NCBI GenBank assembly: GCA_964620825.1
Contig: CAZUKD010000002.1
Location: 233-64,232, forward strand
Direction: 5' to 3'
DNA: 64,000 nt
Source: an uncultured Ectothiorhodospiraceae bacterium
GTDB taxonomy: Bacteria; Pseudomonadota; Gammaproteobacteria; DSM-5130; Acidihalobacteraceae
Positions 42,012 to 56,799 of this stretch are shown piece by piece. Every line of letters starts with the position of its first letter. Positions within the stretch are counted from its first letter, which is position 1. The translations under genes were made by a program, and so were the position numbers. The notes beneath the pieces are model-generated. The model was not told the DNA's origin, made no database searches, and saw nothing but the letters and a program-made list of their open reading frames with translations.

Positions 42012-42103
42012 ATAGGAACCCAAAATCTAGACGAGCATGATAATATAGGTTGCCAAACTCGGGTAATGAGTAGCCACATATTAAAATAATCAGGAGTTCA
42101 TTC

Positions 42104-42349
42104 ATGTCTAAAGGGCATATTTTACAAGAGCCTTTCTTGAATCTGTTACGTAAGGAGCGGATTCCCGTTGCTATTTTTCTGGTCAACGGAATCAAGCTTC
42201 AGGGCCAGATCGAGTCTTTTGATCAATTCGTGGTTGTATTAAAGAATAGCGTCAGTCAAATGATCTACAAACACGCCATTTCTACCGTTGTGCCATCACG
42301 GCCTGTACGCATTCCCATGGAAGAGGATGGGGAAGCAAGCCCGGAGTAA
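42104..42349 (+). CDS. hfq: RNA chaperone Hfq
   Basis: [22 protein letters not shown]. Confidence 0.98.
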   Translation: MSKGHILQEPFLNLLRKERIPVAIFLVNGIKLQGQIESFDQFVVVLKNSVSQMIYKHAISTVVPSRPVRIPMEEDGEASPE

Positions 42350-42528
42350 AGCAGATAATGCAACCTGATGGGTTGAAAGCAAACCGCGACAGCGGATGTT
42401 TGCCGTCTTAGCCACTGCTTCGCTGACCGGGTTTCCGTGGGGTCTTTTTGTGAGCGTTGCAACGGTTCGTGCCGATATTTTTTTCCACATACCTACTGGA
42501 AAATTACACCCTAGAGGTAGAAAGACTT

Positions 42529-43812
42529 TTGTTTAATAGGCCTCAAAGTGGAGAGCGGGTCGTGTTGGTGCATGTCGATCTCGGCGTGATCGTCGATGAT
42601 CGGGAAATTGCGGAGTTTACCGAGCTGGCCCGTTCAGCGGGAGCGGATATCCAACAAACCGTCCGCTTGCGTCGGCAGGCTCCGGATCCTAAATATTTCG
42701 TTGGTGCAGGTAAGGCAGAGGAAATCGCTGCGTTGGTACAATCCAGCGGAGCGCAGCTCGCCGTATTCAACCATACCCTGAGTCCAAGCCAGGAGCGGAA
42801 TCTCGAATCCTTACTCAAGGCGCGAGTGCTGGATCGAACAGGCCTGATTCTTGATATTTTTGCTCAGCGGGCGCGCTCCCATGAAGGTAAATTACAAGTT
42901 GAATTGGCTCAATTGAGCCATCTTTCAACCCGTCTGGTGCGGGGCTGGACTCACCTCGAACGGCAAAAGGGGGGTATCGGTCTACGCGGCCCCGGCGAAA
43001 CTCAGCTGGAAACTGACCGACGCTTGCTCGCGGGCCGGATCAAGCAGATTCACAATAAGCTGGAGCGCGTGCGACGCCAGCGCGAACAGGGTCGGCAGGC
43101 GAGACGTAAGGCGCAATTACCGACCATTGCGCTGGTGGGTTACACTAACGCGGGAAAATCAACTCTTTTTAATCGGCTTTGTGATGCCGGTGTGCAGGCG
43201 ACCGATCAATTGTTCACTACCCTGGATACGACGCTAAGGCGGTTACAATTGGCGCCAGGCATGACCGTGATCATGGCGGATACCGTTGGCTTTGTGCGTG
43301 ATCTGCCACATGAGTTGGTTGCTGCTTTTCGTGCAACCTTGCAGGAAACGCGCGATGCCTGCCTGTTGTTGCATGTGATCGATGCTGCAGATCCTGCGCG
43401 TGCAGAAACCATTGAGAGAGTGAGCCGGGTACTGCATGATATTGGGGCGGATGAGCAGCCTCTCATCGAAGTGTATAACAAGAGCGATCTGATCGGGATG
43501 GAAGCACACTACGATCCGGCCAGCCCAGGGTGTTCCCCGCGAGTCTGGATGTCCGCCCGGACCGGTGAGGGTGTGACGCATCTGATTGAGGCACTCCGGC
43601 AGCATTTCATAGGGGACATGGTGCATGGCCGACTCCATCTGAACCTTGTGCAGAGTCGTTTGCGGGCACGTTTATTTGCGCTCGGCGCGGTTCTAGGGGA
43701 GCGCATCGATGAAAAGGGAGAGTACGATCTCGAAGTCTGCCTGCCACAATCCAAGCTCGATGTTTTGCTGGAACAGTCGCCGGAAATCAATGCTAACTTG
43801 CGGTCATTGTGA
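42529..43812 (+). CDS. hflX: GTPase HflX
   Basis: RGPGETQLE, GYTNAGKST, DTVGF, NKSD; TTG start at 42529. Confidence 0.96.
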   Translation: MFNRPQSGERVVLVHVDLGVIVDDREIAEFTELARSAGADIQQTVRLRRQAPDPKYFVGAGKAEEIAALVQSSGAQLAVFNHTLSPSQERNLESLLKARVLDRTGLILDIFAQRARSHEGKLQVELAQLSHLSTRLVRGWTHLERQKGGIGLRGPGETQLETDRRLLAGRIKQIHNKLERVRRQREQGRQARRKAQLPTIALVGYTNAGKSTLFNRLCDAGVQATDQLFTTLDTTLRRLQLAPGMTVIMADTVGFVRDLPHELVAAFRATLQETRDACLLLHVIDAADPARAETIERVSRVLHDIGADEQPLIEVYNKSDLIGMEAHYDPASPGCSPRVWMSARTGEGVTHLIEALRQHFIGDMVHGRLHLNLVQSRLRARLFALGAVLGERIDEKGEYDLEVCLPQSKLDVLLEQSPEINANLRSL

Positions 43813-43925
43813 GCCCTCTCTAGAATACTCCGTTCGATCAGCTCGAAGGGTAAGGCTGGCCATGGAAATGTGCTGGAGTGGCTTGAGGCTGTTGAACGAC
43901 GATTTGTTTCCTTTGGAGAATAGCT

Positions 43926-45116
43926 ATGCCCTGGAATGAACCAGGTAACAACAACTCAGGTAACCAAGACCCGTGGGGTGGCGGGCAAAAGAATCGTGGG
44001 CAGGGTTCCTTCGATCTTGAACGATGGTTACGCCAATGGCTGAAACGCCTGAGTGAAAACCGCCCCGGAAATAGCGGATCTATCGGTGGCGTCCCTGTGA
44101 GAGGCATTATTCTGGCGGCCATCATTCTGATTGGCGCTTGGTTTTCCTCAGGGTTTTATATTGTCGGCCCGGGTGAACGTGGAGTGGTGCTGCGGTTTGG
44201 CGCATTCACAGCGGAAACCTTGCCTGGCCCACACTGGCATTTACCTCATCCTTTCGCCAGTATTGATGTGGTCGATATCGGGCAGATACGCAGCACTCAG
44301 AATAAATCGCAGATGCTGACTCAGGATGAGAACATCGTGGATGTGGATGTGTCAGCGCAATACCGTATTAGTAATGCAAAACGCTATCTATTCGTTGTGC
44401 GGAATCCGAATACGGTACTGCGGAGAGTGCTTATCAGCGCAATCCGGGAGGTGGTCGGACAAAGCAAGATGGATTACGTTGTTGGTGGGGGACGTGCGGC
44501 AATTGCTCTTAGAACCCAGGAGATCATGCAGAAAAACCTGGATAATTATCAGGCAGGATTACAAATCCTGAAAGTGAACCTACAAAGTGCACAGCCACCT
44601 GAACAGGTTCAGGGTGCCTTTGAGGATGCCATCAAAGCACGTGAGGATGAAGTACGCTACCGTAATGAAGCCGAAGCTTATGCCAACTCGATCGTTCCAC
44701 AAGCACGTGGCGAGGCTGCTCGCATCGAGGAAGAATCCCGGGCTTACAAGGCGCAAGTAGTGGCCCGTGCGCAGGGTAATACGGCACGTTTTGGCGAGTT
44801 GCTCAAAGAGTATCTCAAGGCGCCCCGGGTAACCCGCGAACGTCTTTATATCGACACCCTTCAATCTGTACTGGAGCATACGCCCAAAGTATTTATCAAT
44901 TCCGCTGGAGAAAGGGGTAGAAATCTGTTTTATTTTCCTTTAAGCAAGTTGCTTAAAGGCGTGCCTGGAACTTCCGGCAAGGATACTCAAGCCGATGGCC
45001 GTCCGGTGGTGTCGGGGGAGGGTATTCCTCCGGCGGCAGTCAATGCACTGGCGGGCGGGTCGCCTTCGCAATCCGATCGTTTACGCATCGATACGCGTAT
45101 CCGGGGAGGGCGATGA
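43926..45116 (+). CDS. hflK: FtsH modulator HflK
   Basis: MPWNEPG, SPFH domain, APRVTRERLY. Confidence 0.96.
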   Translation: MPWNEPGNNNSGNQDPWGGGQKNRGQGSFDLERWLRQWLKRLSENRPGNSGSIGGVPVRGIILAAIILIGAWFSSGFYIVGPGERGVVLRFGAFTAETLPGPHWHLPHPFASIDVVDIGQIRSTQNKSQMLTQDENIVDVDVSAQYRISNAKRYLFVVRNPNTVLRRVLISAIREVVGQSKMDYVVGGGRAAIALRTQEIMQKNLDNYQAGLQILKVNLQSAQPPEQVQGAFEDAIKAREDEVRYRNEAEAYANSIVPQARGEAARIEEESRAYKAQVVARAQGNTARFGELLKEYLKAPRVTRERLYIDTLQSVLEHTPKVFINSAGERGRNLFYFPLSKLLKGVPGTSGKDTQADGRPVVSGEGIPPAAVNALAGGSPSQSDRLRIDTRIRGGR

Positions 45117-46000
45117 ATATGAATATGAATATGAAAATCAGGCTGGCAGGCGTTGTTGTTCTAATTATTGGATTCACGCTTTATCTCAGTGTGTTCACCG
45201 TGCGCCAGGACCAGCGGGCGATTCTGCTCAAACTGGGTAAGATCGTACAGACGGATATTTCTCCGGGTCTTCATTTCAAATGGCCTTTAATTGAGCAGGC
45301 TCGCTCATTCGATGCCCGGCTGTTGATGCTGGATTCTCAGCCAGAGAGATTTCTGACTAGTGAAAAGAAAAATGTGATGGTCGATTATTTTGTCATATGG
45401 AGAATCCGTAACTTCCACCAGTATTATTTGGCGACCCGAGGTGACGAGCAGCGGGCCTTGCTGCGACTTTCCCAAATCATGAAGGATGGTTTACGAAGTG
45501 AATTCGGCAAACTGACCATTCAGCAGGCAGTTGCCGGGAAGCGCAGCGAAATCATCGATCCCATTGAGGTAAAGGTTAATAAAGCGGTCAGTGAGCTCGG
45601 TATTCGAGTAGTCGATGTCAGATTAAAGCGCATTGATTTACCCCCGCAAGTCGCCAGCTCGGTTTATCAACGTATGGAAGCCGAGCGCGCCAGAGTAGCG
45701 GCTGAATTCCGCGCCAAAGGTAAGGAAGCCGCCGAAAAAATTCGTGCAAATGCGGATCGGGAACGCACGGTTATTCTGGCGAATGCCTATAAGGAATCAC
45801 AGATTCTGCGAGGTGAAGGGGATGCCAAAGCCGCCGGGATTTATGCTCAGACTTATAGTAAAGACCCCGCTTTCTATGCGTTCTACCGCAGCCTGAAGGC
45901 TTATCGAAAGAGCTTTACCGGAAAGGGGAATATTTTAATTCTTGAGCCGAACTCACAATTCTTCCGCTACTTCAACCAAGCAGAAGGCCATTCACGCTGA
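45113..46000 (+). CDS. hflC: FtsH modulator HflC
   Basis: PGLHFK, TSEKK, RMEAER, FYRSLKAY. Confidence 0.96.
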   Translation: MNMNMNMKIRLAGVVVLIIGFTLYLSVFTVRQDQRAILLKLGKIVQTDISPGLHFKWPLIEQARSFDARLLMLDSQPERFLTSEKKNVMVDYFVIWRIRNFHQYYLATRGDEQRALLRLSQIMKDGLRSEFGKLTIQQAVAGKRSEIIDPIEVKVNKAVSELGIRVVDVRLKRIDLPPQVASSVYQRMEAERARVAAEFRAKGKEAAEKIRANADRERTVILANAYKESQILRGEGDAKAAGIYAQTYSKDPAFYAFYRSLKAYRKSFTGKGNILILEPNSQFFRYFNQAEGHSR

Positions 46001-46071
46001 TCGATGTCACCTGGCTACCTTTTATCGGGCCACCGGATCAGTTAGAGAGAACCTTGGCGATTTGACAGGGA

Positions 46072-46263
46072 ATGTGGACACATTTATTGAGTGCAATCGG
46101 ACTGGTCTTAGTCATTGAAGGGGTGCTGCCATTTCTGAGTCCACAAAGGTGGCAAAAAACCATCCTGAAGATGGCGCAATCTCCTCCTTCTGTTTTGCGT
46201 CTGATCAGTCTGGGTAGCATGCTGATCGGCCTACTGATCTTGTATGCGCTGCATGGAGGCTGA
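46072..46263 (+). CDS. DUF2065 (YjeT-like) small membrane protein
   Basis: LVLVIEGVLPFLSP; usual position after hflC. Confidence 0.85.
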   Translation: MWTHLLSAIGLVLVIEGVLPFLSPQRWQKTILKMAQSPPSVLRLISLGSMLIGLLILYALHGG

Positions 46264-46368
46264 AATGCGTTATAAATTGATTGATGCTCGCCTGCTCGAT
46301 GACAGTCTGTTGTACCTAGAAAATTGGAGCGGCCGACAGATTTTTAGCCATAAGAAGATGGAATTACG

Positions 46369-48851
<2,483 letters not shown>

Positions 48852-48863
48852 GTGAAGAACGTC

Positions 48864-48896
48864 CCGCTGCAGATACCTGCCAGGTATCTGCAGCGG
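48864..48896. terminator. Perfect hairpin between convergent purA and lon
   Basis: CCGCTGCAGATACCT-GCC-AGGTATCTGCAGCGG. Confidence 0.6.
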
Positions 48897-48908
48897 TAGT
48901 ACGATGAA

Positions 48909-51365
48909 TTAGTGACGATGCAAACCTGATTCTATTTTTTTACTCGCGTCTTTTTTCTTTTCGCTCCCCACTGGCAGTGGTAGCGATTCACTTGCTGGCG
49001 CCAATGGCTCAGGCATCCGTTGTAAGGCCAGGTCAAGAACCTGGTCGATCCATCTCACTGGGCGAATATCCAGTTGCTGCTTAATATTTTTGGGGATTTC
49101 GATCAGGTCTTTTTCGTTCTCTTGCGGGATGAGTACCGTGGTAATTCCGCCTCGATGAGCTGCCAGCAGTTTTTCCTTGAGGCCTCCAATCGGCAATATT
49201 TCACCACGCAGAGTGATCTCACCGGTCATTGCTACATCAGCCCGAACCGGAATGCCGGTAATCGCTGAGACCAGAGCCGTACACATTCCGATACCCGCGC
49301 TGGGGCCATCTTTTGGCGTAGCACCTTCTGGAACATGAATATGGATATCTTGCTTTTCAAAATAATCATCCGCAATACCTAGGGCCTGCGAGCGGGTACG
49401 AACAACGGATCGGGCTGCATGAATGGACTCTTTCATGACATCACCTAGCTGTCCCGTGGTAATAATTGCCCCCTTGCCCGTCATCGTCGTGGCTTCTATG
49501 GTCAGCAATTCGCCACCCACTTCAGTCCATGCGAGTCCGGTTACCTGGCCGGTACGATCCTGATCCTCGGCGCGCCCAAACCTGAATCGACGTACTCCAA
49601 GGTATTTCTCAAGATTTTTTGGAGAAATAAGCATACTTTGGGTTCGGGCATTTTTCAGGCCATGCTGCATGACCACTTTGCGGCAGATTCGGGAAATCTC
49701 ACGTTCAAGATTACGAACGCCTGCCTCACGCGTATAGTAGCGGATGATATCGCGAATCGCCTTGCCGCCGACTTTCAGCTCACCTTTCCGTAGCCCGTTC
49801 GCCTTGATTTGCTTGGGTAGCAAATAGTGCTCAGCTATATTTGCTTTTTCATCTTCCGTATAACCCGGTAGATGGATAACTTCCATCCGGTCGAGTAGTG
49901 GCCCGGGAATACTCATACGGTTGGCCGTGGCGACGAACATGATTTCGGACAGATCGTATTCCACTTCCAGGTAATGGTCAACGAAGGTATGGTTTTGTTC
50001 GGGATCAAGCACTTCTAATAATGCAGATGCCGGATCACCACGAAAGTCCATCGCCATCTTGTCGATCTCGTCCAGCAGGAACAGTGGGTTACGAGTTCCC
50101 GTCCGCGAAAGGTTCTGAACAATTTTGCCGGGTAAAGCCCCAATATAGGTTCGTCTGTGACCCCTGATTTCAGCCTCATCACGCACACCACCTAAAGCCA
50201 TCCGGGTAAATTTCCGATTGGTGGCCCGGGCAATGGATCGGCCGAGAGAGGTTTTGCCGACTCCTGGTGGGCCGACCAGGCAGAGAATGGGGCCTTTCAC
50301 CTTTTTTACCCGTTGCTGGACGGCGAGATATTCCAAAATCTGCTCTTTGACTTTCTCCAACCCATAATGATCCTCATCCAATATTTGACGTGCATGGTCA
50401 AGGTCGTGAACTAGCCGGGAGCGTTTTTTCCATGGCACGTTGAGCAACCAGTCAATATAGTTACGTACCACAGTGGCTTCTGCGGACATGGGCGACATCA
50501 TTTTGAGCTTGTTGAGCTCCGCCTCCGCCTTTTGCCGGGCTTCCTTGGGCATCCCGGCCTTCTTGATGTGTGCGGCTAGATCCCCGAGTTCATTAGGTGT
50601 ATCTTCGAGATCGCCGAGCTCTTTCTGAATGGCTTTCATCTGCTCATTTAGATAGTATTCGCGCTGGCTTTTTTCCATTTGCTGCTTCACGCGCCCACGA
50701 ATCCGTTTCTCGATCTGTAGCAGTTCAATTTCACCCTCGATCAGTCCCATGATGTGTTCGAGGCGTGCATGAATATTCTGGATTTCGAGTACGCGCTGTT
50801 TTTCTTCCAGCTTTAGTGGCATATGTGCAGCGAGCGTGTCTGTCAGACGGGTCAGGTCGTCAATACCCGCTAGTGAAGTCAGAATTTCCTGAGGGATCTT
50901 TTTGTTGAGCTTGACATATTGGTCGAAAAGGTTAAGTAAGGTCCGGCTCAAGACCTCCATTTCCCGTTCATCGACAACCATTTCTACTGTCAGAGTTTCA
51001 ATGCGGGCCGAGAAAGTACCTTCTTTTTCCTGAAAATCGATTACCCGCGCACGTTCCGTTCCTTCCACCAGTACTTTGATGGTTCCATCAGGCAATTTGA
51101 GTAATTGCAGGATGGCGGAAAGGGTGCCGACCTGATAGATGTCATCTGTACCGGGCTCGTCGATCTCGGCATTTTTTTGCGCAACCAGAAGAATTTTTTT
51201 ATTACCGGCCATAGCCAGATCAAGAGCGTGAATCGACTTTTCGCGCCCCACGAACAAGGGGATAACCATATGTGGATAGACCACGACATCGCGCAAGGGT
51301 AAAACCGGAACGATGATATCGCCATCGTAGCTTATGTTCTCGGTGGTGTCTGATTTGAGTTCCAT
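48909..51365 (-). CDS. lon: Lon protease
   Basis: [33 protein letters not shown]. Confidence 0.98.
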   Translation of the reverse strand: MELKSDTTENISYDGDIIVPVLPLRDVVVYPHMVIPLFVGREKSIHALDLAMAGNKKILLVAQKNAEIDEPGTDDIYQVGTLSAILQLLKLPDGTIKVLVEGTERARVIDFQEKEGTFSARIETLTVEMVVDEREMEVLSRTLLNLFDQYVKLNKKIPQEILTSLAGIDDLTRLTDTLAAHMPLKLEEKQRVLEIQNIHARLEHIMGLIEGEIELLQIEKRIRGRVKQQMEKSQREYYLNEQMKAIQKELGDLEDTPNELGDLAAHIKKAGMPKEARQKAEAELNKLKMMSPMSAEATVVRNYIDWLLNVPWKKRSRLVHDLDHARQILDEDHYGLEKVKEQILEYLAVQQRVKKVKGPILCLVGPPGVGKTSLGRSIARATNRKFTRMALGGVRDEAEIRGHRRTYIGALPGKIVQNLSRTGTRNPLFLLDEIDKMAMDFRGDPASALLEVLDPEQNHTFVDHYLEVEYDLSEIMFVATANRMSIPGPLLDRMEVIHLPGYTEDEKANIAEHYLLPKQIKANGLRKGELKVGGKAIRDIIRYYTREAGVRNLEREISRICRKVVMQHGLKNARTQSMLISPKNLEKYLGVRRFRFGRAEDQDRTGQVTGLAWTEVGGELLTIEATTMTGKGAIITTGQLGDVMKESIHAARSVVRTRSQALGIADDYFEKQDIHIHVPEGATPKDGPSAGIGMCTALVSAITGIPVRADVAMTGEITLRGEILPIGGLKEKLLAAHRGGITTVLIPQENEKDLIEIPKNIKQQLDIRPVRWIDQVLDLALQRMPEPLAPASESLPLPVGSEKKKDASKKIESGLHRH

Positions 51366-52001
51366 GTTACTTTGTACCCCAGCGGTTTATTCATCAAGTA
51401 CTATAGTTTCGTGAGCTTAGAATGAATGATCAAGGGAAGATTTCATTAAATAAGTAATGAATAGTCACATCGGGATAAAACTTCAGGCCAGATGATGAAA
51501 CCCATGCCCTGACTTAGTGCAGAATCGCTCATGTTAACATTCCCTGGCCGGATAGTTTATGCGGCTAAAGCTAGGAGACTAGCTTCCTATCTATTTTCAG
51601 TCCATGCTTAATAAAGTCAGGGCAAAATTCTTTTTTTCAAGAGGGTAAAACTTGGGTTGCGGAAACGGAAAGATTGATCTCTTCTATTTCTAGCAGGCGA
51701 TAGAGGCTCCCGCAATGCCCTGGAGGGGAAGTGCATAATCTATAATAACAGAAATCCGGTAATCCGATTACCCCGAATCCGCCGTGTTTATGAACGGGTT
51801 GTGATCGCTTCCTTAGTTAGGGGTCACATTTGCTGATACCTGAACGATGCTGAAATTCCTAAGCACAATTTTACTGGCCAGCAGATAAGCGCTGGCTTTC
51901 TATTACCAAGGGATTTATGGAGCGATACCCCAAGGATACCGCCTCACCAGGGTTATCCCTTGCATTCGCCTGCCTTTTGGCCCGCTGGCGCAGGATGTGG
52001 G

Positions 52002-53282
52002 TCAATCGGAAGCTGCACGTTGATACCCTCCGCCTTCATAGATCAGATAGGGCCTGGTTTCGCCGAGCATTACCGTCTCGTCAACTACCACTTTGATGAC
52101 GCTCTCCGATGTAGGGATGTCATACATGGTATCCAGTAGAACCTGCTCGATAATCGTGCGCAACCCCCGAGCCCCGGTTTTGCGTTTCATGGCTTTGCGC
52201 GCGGCAGCATGTAAAGCATCTTCCCTAAATTCTATTTCAACACCTTCCATTTCAAACAGTTTCTTATACTGCTTGACAATGGAGTTTCTGGGTTCTACCA
52301 GAATTTTGACCAGCGCTTCTTCGTCGAGTTCTTCCAGTATAGCAATGACGGGTAGTCGGCCAACAAACTCCGGTATCAGGCCGAAACGGATTAAATCTTC
52401 AGGTTCGACGTCGATTAGGATTTCACCAGTCTGGCGGGTATCTTCCTTACTGCGTACTTTGGCTGAAAATCCGATTCCGGTTTTGAGGGAGCGGCTCTGA
52501 ATGAGTTTCTCCAGCCCGGCAAAAGCCCCCCCAACAATAAAAAGGATATTGCGGGTGTTGACTTGTAGAAATTCCTGCTGGGGATGTTTGCGCCCGCCTT
52601 GCGGCGGAACCGATGCGATAGTTCCCTCAATGAGCTTGAGCAGAGCCTGCTGAACGCCTTCCCCGGAAACATCGCGGGTTATCGACGGATTATCCGATTT
52701 GCTGGAAATCTTGTCGATTTCATCGATATAAACAATACCGGTTTGTGCCTTCTCGATATCGTAATCACATTTCTGAAGAAGTTTCTGGATAATATTCTCG
52801 ACATCTTCTCCGACGTATCCAGCTTCGGTTAGGGTGGTAGCGTCAGCTATGGTGAAAGGAACGTTGAGTAGGCGGGCCAGAGTTTCCGCCAGCAGGGTCT
52901 TACCTGATCCCGTAGGTCCGATGAGCAGAATATTACTTTTGCCCAACTCGATATCATCCTTGTTTTTCTGTGAGCTCAGTCGCTTGTAATGATTGTAGAC
53001 GGCTACGGACAAGACCTTTTTAGCTCTTTCCTGGCCGATGACGTAGTCGTCGAGAATCTTTTTGATTTCATGTGGCTTGAGTGAGTCGCCAGAGCTTGGC
53101 GGCCCTGCTTCACCCATTTCCTCACGGATAATATCATTGCAGAGCTCCACGCATTCATCACAGATGAATACCGATGGGCCGGCGATAAGCTTGCGCACTT
53201 CATTCTGGCTTTTCCCACAGAACGAACAGTACAGCAACTTGGTTTTATCAGTAACGGGACGTTTATCATTGCTCATTGGCAT
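52002..53282 (-). CDS. clpX: ClpX ATPase
   Basis: CSFCGK zinc finger, [19 protein letters not shown] loop. Confidence 0.98.
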   Translation of the reverse strand: MPMSNDKRPVTDKTKLLYCSFCGKSQNEVRKLIAGPSVFICDECVELCNDIIREEMGEAGPPSSGDSLKPHEIKKILDDYVIGQERAKKVLSVAVYNHYKRLSSQKNKDDIELGKSNILLIGPTGSGKTLLAETLARLLNVPFTIADATTLTEAGYVGEDVENIIQKLLQKCDYDIEKAQTGIVYIDEIDKISSKSDNPSITRDVSGEGVQQALLKLIEGTIASVPPQGGRKHPQQEFLQVNTRNILFIVGGAFAGLEKLIQSRSLKTGIGFSAKVRSKEDTRQTGEILIDVEPEDLIRFGLIPEFVGRLPVIAILEELDEEALVKILVEPRNSIVKQYKKLFEMEGVEIEFREDALHAAARKAMKRKTGARGLRTIIEQVLLDTMYDIPTSESVIKVVVDETVMLGETRPYLIYEGGGYQRAASD

Positions 53283-53518
53283 CTCTCATAGAGCATTTAA
53301 GGACATCCAATCACGCAGAATTGGACAGTAACTGCCAGGGTGGTGAAAGGCGAGAGAGCCATTTAACCCCCCCGCGTGGGCGTCGTTCGGCCTGTCGGGT
53401 CGGATCTGCTGTGGCTGATTCCAGCGGCTATGATGGGTTGATCATTGCTGCCCATTTCACATCCTAGTCTCCATAGCTTACAAGCAAATGTAACTGATAT
53501 TCAAATCACATTCACGCG

Positions 53519-54157
53519 CTAATTTGTGCTGGATCTTGTGGTGAGGATCTGGTCGATAAGACCGTATTCTACGGCCTCTTCGGGGCCGAGGAAGCGATCT
53601 CGCTCAGTATCTTCATTAATGCGCTCTATGCTTTGCCCGGTATGTCCAGCCATAATTCCATTCAATTGTTCGCGGATCTTCAGGATTTCACGTGCATGGA
53701 TCTCAATATCTGTCGCCTGCCCCTGAAACCCGCCGAGTGGCTGATGGATCATGACCCGTGAGTGTGGCAAGCAGTAACGTTTGCCCTTTTCCCCGCTGGC
53801 CAGTAAAACCGCACCCATGCTCGCTGCTTGCCCAATGCAAAGTGTACTGACTGGCGGTTTGATGAACTGCATCGTGTCATAGATCGCCATGCCAGCCGTA
53901 ATCGTTCCCCCGGGCGAGTTGATATACAGGCTAATTTCCTTGTCCGGATTTTCTGATTCGAGGAATAACAACTGAGCTATAATAACATTGGCCATGTAGT
54001 CCTCGACAGGACCTACCATAAAGACCACACGTTCTTTCAGCAGGCGTGAATAAATGTCATAAGCGCGCTCGCCTCGCGAAGTCTGTTCCACGACCATGGG
54101 AATCAGGTTAAGGGACTGGGTATCCAGCGCTCCGTATTTACCATTTGATCCGGTCAT
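53519..54157 (-). CDS. clpP: ClpP protease
   Basis: DIYSRLL, INSPGG, AASMGA, MIHQP. Confidence 0.98.
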   Translation of the reverse strand: MTGSNGKYGALDTQSLNLIPMVVEQTSRGERAYDIYSRLLKERVVFMVGPVEDYMANVIIAQLLFLESENPDKEISLYINSPGGTITAGMAIYDTMQFIKPPVSTLCIGQAASMGAVLLASGEKGKRYCLPHSRVMIHQPLGGFQGQATDIEIHAREILKIREQLNGIMAGHTGQSIERINEDTERDRFLGPEEAVEYGLIDQILTTRSSTN

Positions 54158-54161
54158 GTCT

Positions 54162-55451
54162 TCAGCCTCTCTGAGTGGGGTTCATGATCTGGTTGAACGT
54201 TTGGTTTTCATCCTCAACCTGCGCTTTTTCCAGGATTCGATCGACGACCTGATCTTCTAAGACGAGCGCCTCGATTCCCTTTATGGTCTCGCGATTGGAT
54301 TGATAGTATTGAATGACCTGTTCGGGTTCTTCGTAACCTTCGGCTAATATCCGGAGTGTCTCATCGACACGCCCTGAATCAAGCCTGATTTTCTCATTGT
54401 GGACGAGTTCCGCAATCAGTAACCCAAGGTTTACCCGCCGTGCGGCTTGCTCCTGAAACAGGTCATCCGGCAGGTTCTTGCGGGCTTCCGTGCTCATCGC
54501 TTCGCCAACCTGCTCACGCATACGCCTGATTTCCACCTTGACCAGACTCTTGGGCGCCGTGATTTCATTGGCCGCGCACAAGGCGTCCATCACATGGGTT
54601 TTGGTTTGTTCCTTGAGTGTGGCTTTCAGTTCGCGTACTATGTTGCGGCGCACTTCTTCGCGCAGGGTTTCGACTTCGCTACCGAAAAGTGCAGCGAATG
54701 CTTCGTCTACTACGGGCAAAACCGGGGCATTGACTTTTTTGACCCGGATTTCAAACTGTACCATTTGGCCCGCCAGATCCTTGGCCGGGTAGTCTTCGGG
54801 AAAAGTGACGTCCAGAGTTCTCTCATCCCCGGCAAGGCTGTCGTGCAGTTGCGATTCGAGACTTCCGATCAGGTGGCCCTCACCCAGAATGATGCTCTGA
54901 TTTTCAGCGGCCCCGTTTGGGAACGGCTTGCCATCGCGCAGACCGCGATAATCCAGAATGATCTGGTCACCGCCCGTTGCTGACCGGTTAGCGGGTTCCC
55001 AGCCCCGGTTTTGCTTGCGCAGCGTTTCAATCATCTGATCGACATCGGTATCGGCGACTTCAGCTATGAGACGGGTAATTCGCAATTCTGCCAGAGGCGC
55101 CAGTTCGATTTCCGGGTAGACCTCGAAGACTGCAGTATATTCAAGAGCCCCTTCAGCCTGATCGGGCATCAGTTCGATTTCCGGAGTGCCCGCTGGCATG
55201 ACTTGTTCCCGCTGGATGGCGTCCTGTAAACTTGACTGCACCAGGTCTCCGATGACGTCCTGATAAACCCCTGCACCAAAACGCTGTTGAATGAGTTTAA
55301 AAGGTACTTTTCCGGGGCGAAAGCCATCGATCTTGATCCGTTTGCTCATCGAGCGCAGGCGCTTTCCCACTTCCTGATCAATGCTTCCTGACGGCAACCG
55401 CACAGTCATTTTACGTTCAAGATTGCCGATTGTTTCAAGTGAAACCTGCAT
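54162..55451 (-). CDS. tig: Trigger factor
   Basis: MQVSLET start, [12 protein letters not shown] domain; the longer ORF start overlaps the tRNA. Confidence 0.96.
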   Translation of the reverse strand: MQVSLETIGNLERKMTVRLPSGSIDQEVGKRLRSMSKRIKIDGFRPGKVPFKLIQQRFGAGVYQDVIGDLVQSSLQDAIQREQVMPAGTPEIELMPDQAEGALEYTAVFEVYPEIELAPLAELRITRLIAEVADTDVDQMIETLRKQNRGWEPANRSATGGDQIILDYRGLRDGKPFPNGAAENQSIILGEGHLIGSLESQLHDSLAGDERTLDVTFPEDYPAKDLAGQMVQFEIRVKKVNAPVLPVVDEAFAALFGSEVETLREEVRRNIVRELKATLKEQTKTHVMDALCAANEITAPKSLVKVEIRRMREQVGEAMSTEARKNLPDDLFQEQAARRVNLGLLIAELVHNEKIRLDSGRVDETLRILAEGYEEPEQVIQYYQSNRETIKGIEALVLEDQVVDRILEKAQVEDENQTFNQIMNPTQRG

Positions 55452-55496
55452 AGAACACCTCTGTAAAAATAAAAAATCCGAGCTGATTACTCCAAG

Positions 55497-55581
55497 TGGT
55501 GCGAAAGGAGAGACTCGAACTCTCACGGGTTGCCCCACTGAAACCTAAATCCAGCGCGTCTACCAGTTCCGCCACATTCGC
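55497..55581 (-). tRNA. tRNA-Leu(TAG)
   Basis: Reverse complement GCGAATGTGGCGGAACTGGTAGACGCGCTGGATTTAGGTTTCAGTGGGGCAACCCGTGAGAGTTCGAGTCTCTCCTTTCGCACCA. Confidence 0.96.
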
Positions 55582-56082
55582 CTGACTCTTTAATTCTACC
55601 ACGTGATTGCTTTCCAACCACAAAAAGCCTACACATAGATGAGCCTTTACGGGTTGTTTGGTAAGCCTGCAGGAATATTTCCCGCGTGCATGGGGAAACC
55701 TGGAGTATTTTCGCGAGGTGGTGGTGTGCTGGGAGCTGCGACGTTGCTGAAGCAGCCCGCGTATCTGATGAATACAATCTGTGTAAGCGCGGTGATCCTC
55801 TGATTTGTCTGACGAACACGCACAGGGATAAGGGGAAATCATAGATCCGTTCAAGCAGCTTCATGGCCACTTGTTGCAGAGCAAATCATCGATAGAAAGC
55901 CATTTAGCTCCACCATTCGGCGCCTTATTCGGCGATCAACACAACCTGTGTTCCAGTCACCCTTTCCCCGGTCCGTAGGCCCGTCCACCCACACGCCGCA
56001 AGCCCGGGCCGCCCGCTGGAATAGCATCCTGGGTGTCCAGCCAGCGTATCAGCACATATGCAGTCAATGTCATTGAAGCGAG

Positions 56083-56616
56083 TCAGGACAGATCCACGCC
56101 CTCAAAAGCCAGTAATCGCTTCTTGGTACTCTTGCCTCCACCAGAGTAGGCGCCGATACGACCATCCGCATGAATCACCCGGTGACAGGGAATAATGAAA
56201 GGCAATGGATTGTGAGCCAGCGCCGTACCCACTGCACGCCAGGCCCGTGGGCGGCCAATTTCGCGGGCGAGCCAGGCATAGCTGCGTACCTCGCCGTGCG
56301 GAATATGTATGGTACAGATCAGGACTTCCTGCTGAAAAGGCGTGAGGCAAGAGAGGTCAAGGGGGCCGGGATAAGGACATGACCCTGAGATAGTCGCTAA
56401 AATCCACTGGAGCATCCGGGGCTGTGCGTTGTCGTTGCGTACCGGCAGCATCCTATATGCCTTGCTCGCCTGAGCAAGGAAAACTTCTTCTTCACTCATT
56501 GAGACCAGGTGCAGTGTTTCGCCTGCATAGGCTATATACAAGCGGCCTATGGGTGTTTCGAGTGCGGTATAATAGAATGTATCCGGCATCGCCATTGCTG
56601 CCCTCATTCGACACAA
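56083..56616 (-). CDS. ogt: Methylated-DNA-protein-cysteine methyltransferase (Ogt/MGMT)
   Basis: TPFQ, SYAWLA, RAVGTA, IPCHRV; true start may be 56589-56595. Confidence 0.9.
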   Translation of the reverse strand: MCRMRAAMAMPDTFYYTALETPIGRLYIAYAGETLHLVSMSEEEVFLAQASKAYRMLPVRNDNAQPRMLQWILATISGSCPYPGPLDLSCLTPFQQEVLICTIHIPHGEVRSYAWLAREIGRPRAWRAVGTALAHNPLPFIIPCHRVIHADGRIGAYSGGGKSTKKRLLAFEGVDLS

Positions 56617-56799
56617 CTATTATCTCTACGGACAGAGATTACATTGTTAGGCCGAACAGTTGTTTCATGTATCATGGAAATGTGGGTACAAAAGTGTTCG
56701 TAATTGCATTCGACTACCTAGTGCCCGTTCTCAATGAGTGACATAAAAAGCTTCAGATTTTTATGAATTATGAACTATAAAATACTTCAGATAAACAGT

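Noticed and set aside
51505-51624. 11-bp inverted repeat TGCCCTGACTT / AAGTCAGGGCA as a MITE
   Set aside because: No target-site duplication, and an 11-bp match at this spacing can arise by chance in 64 kb.
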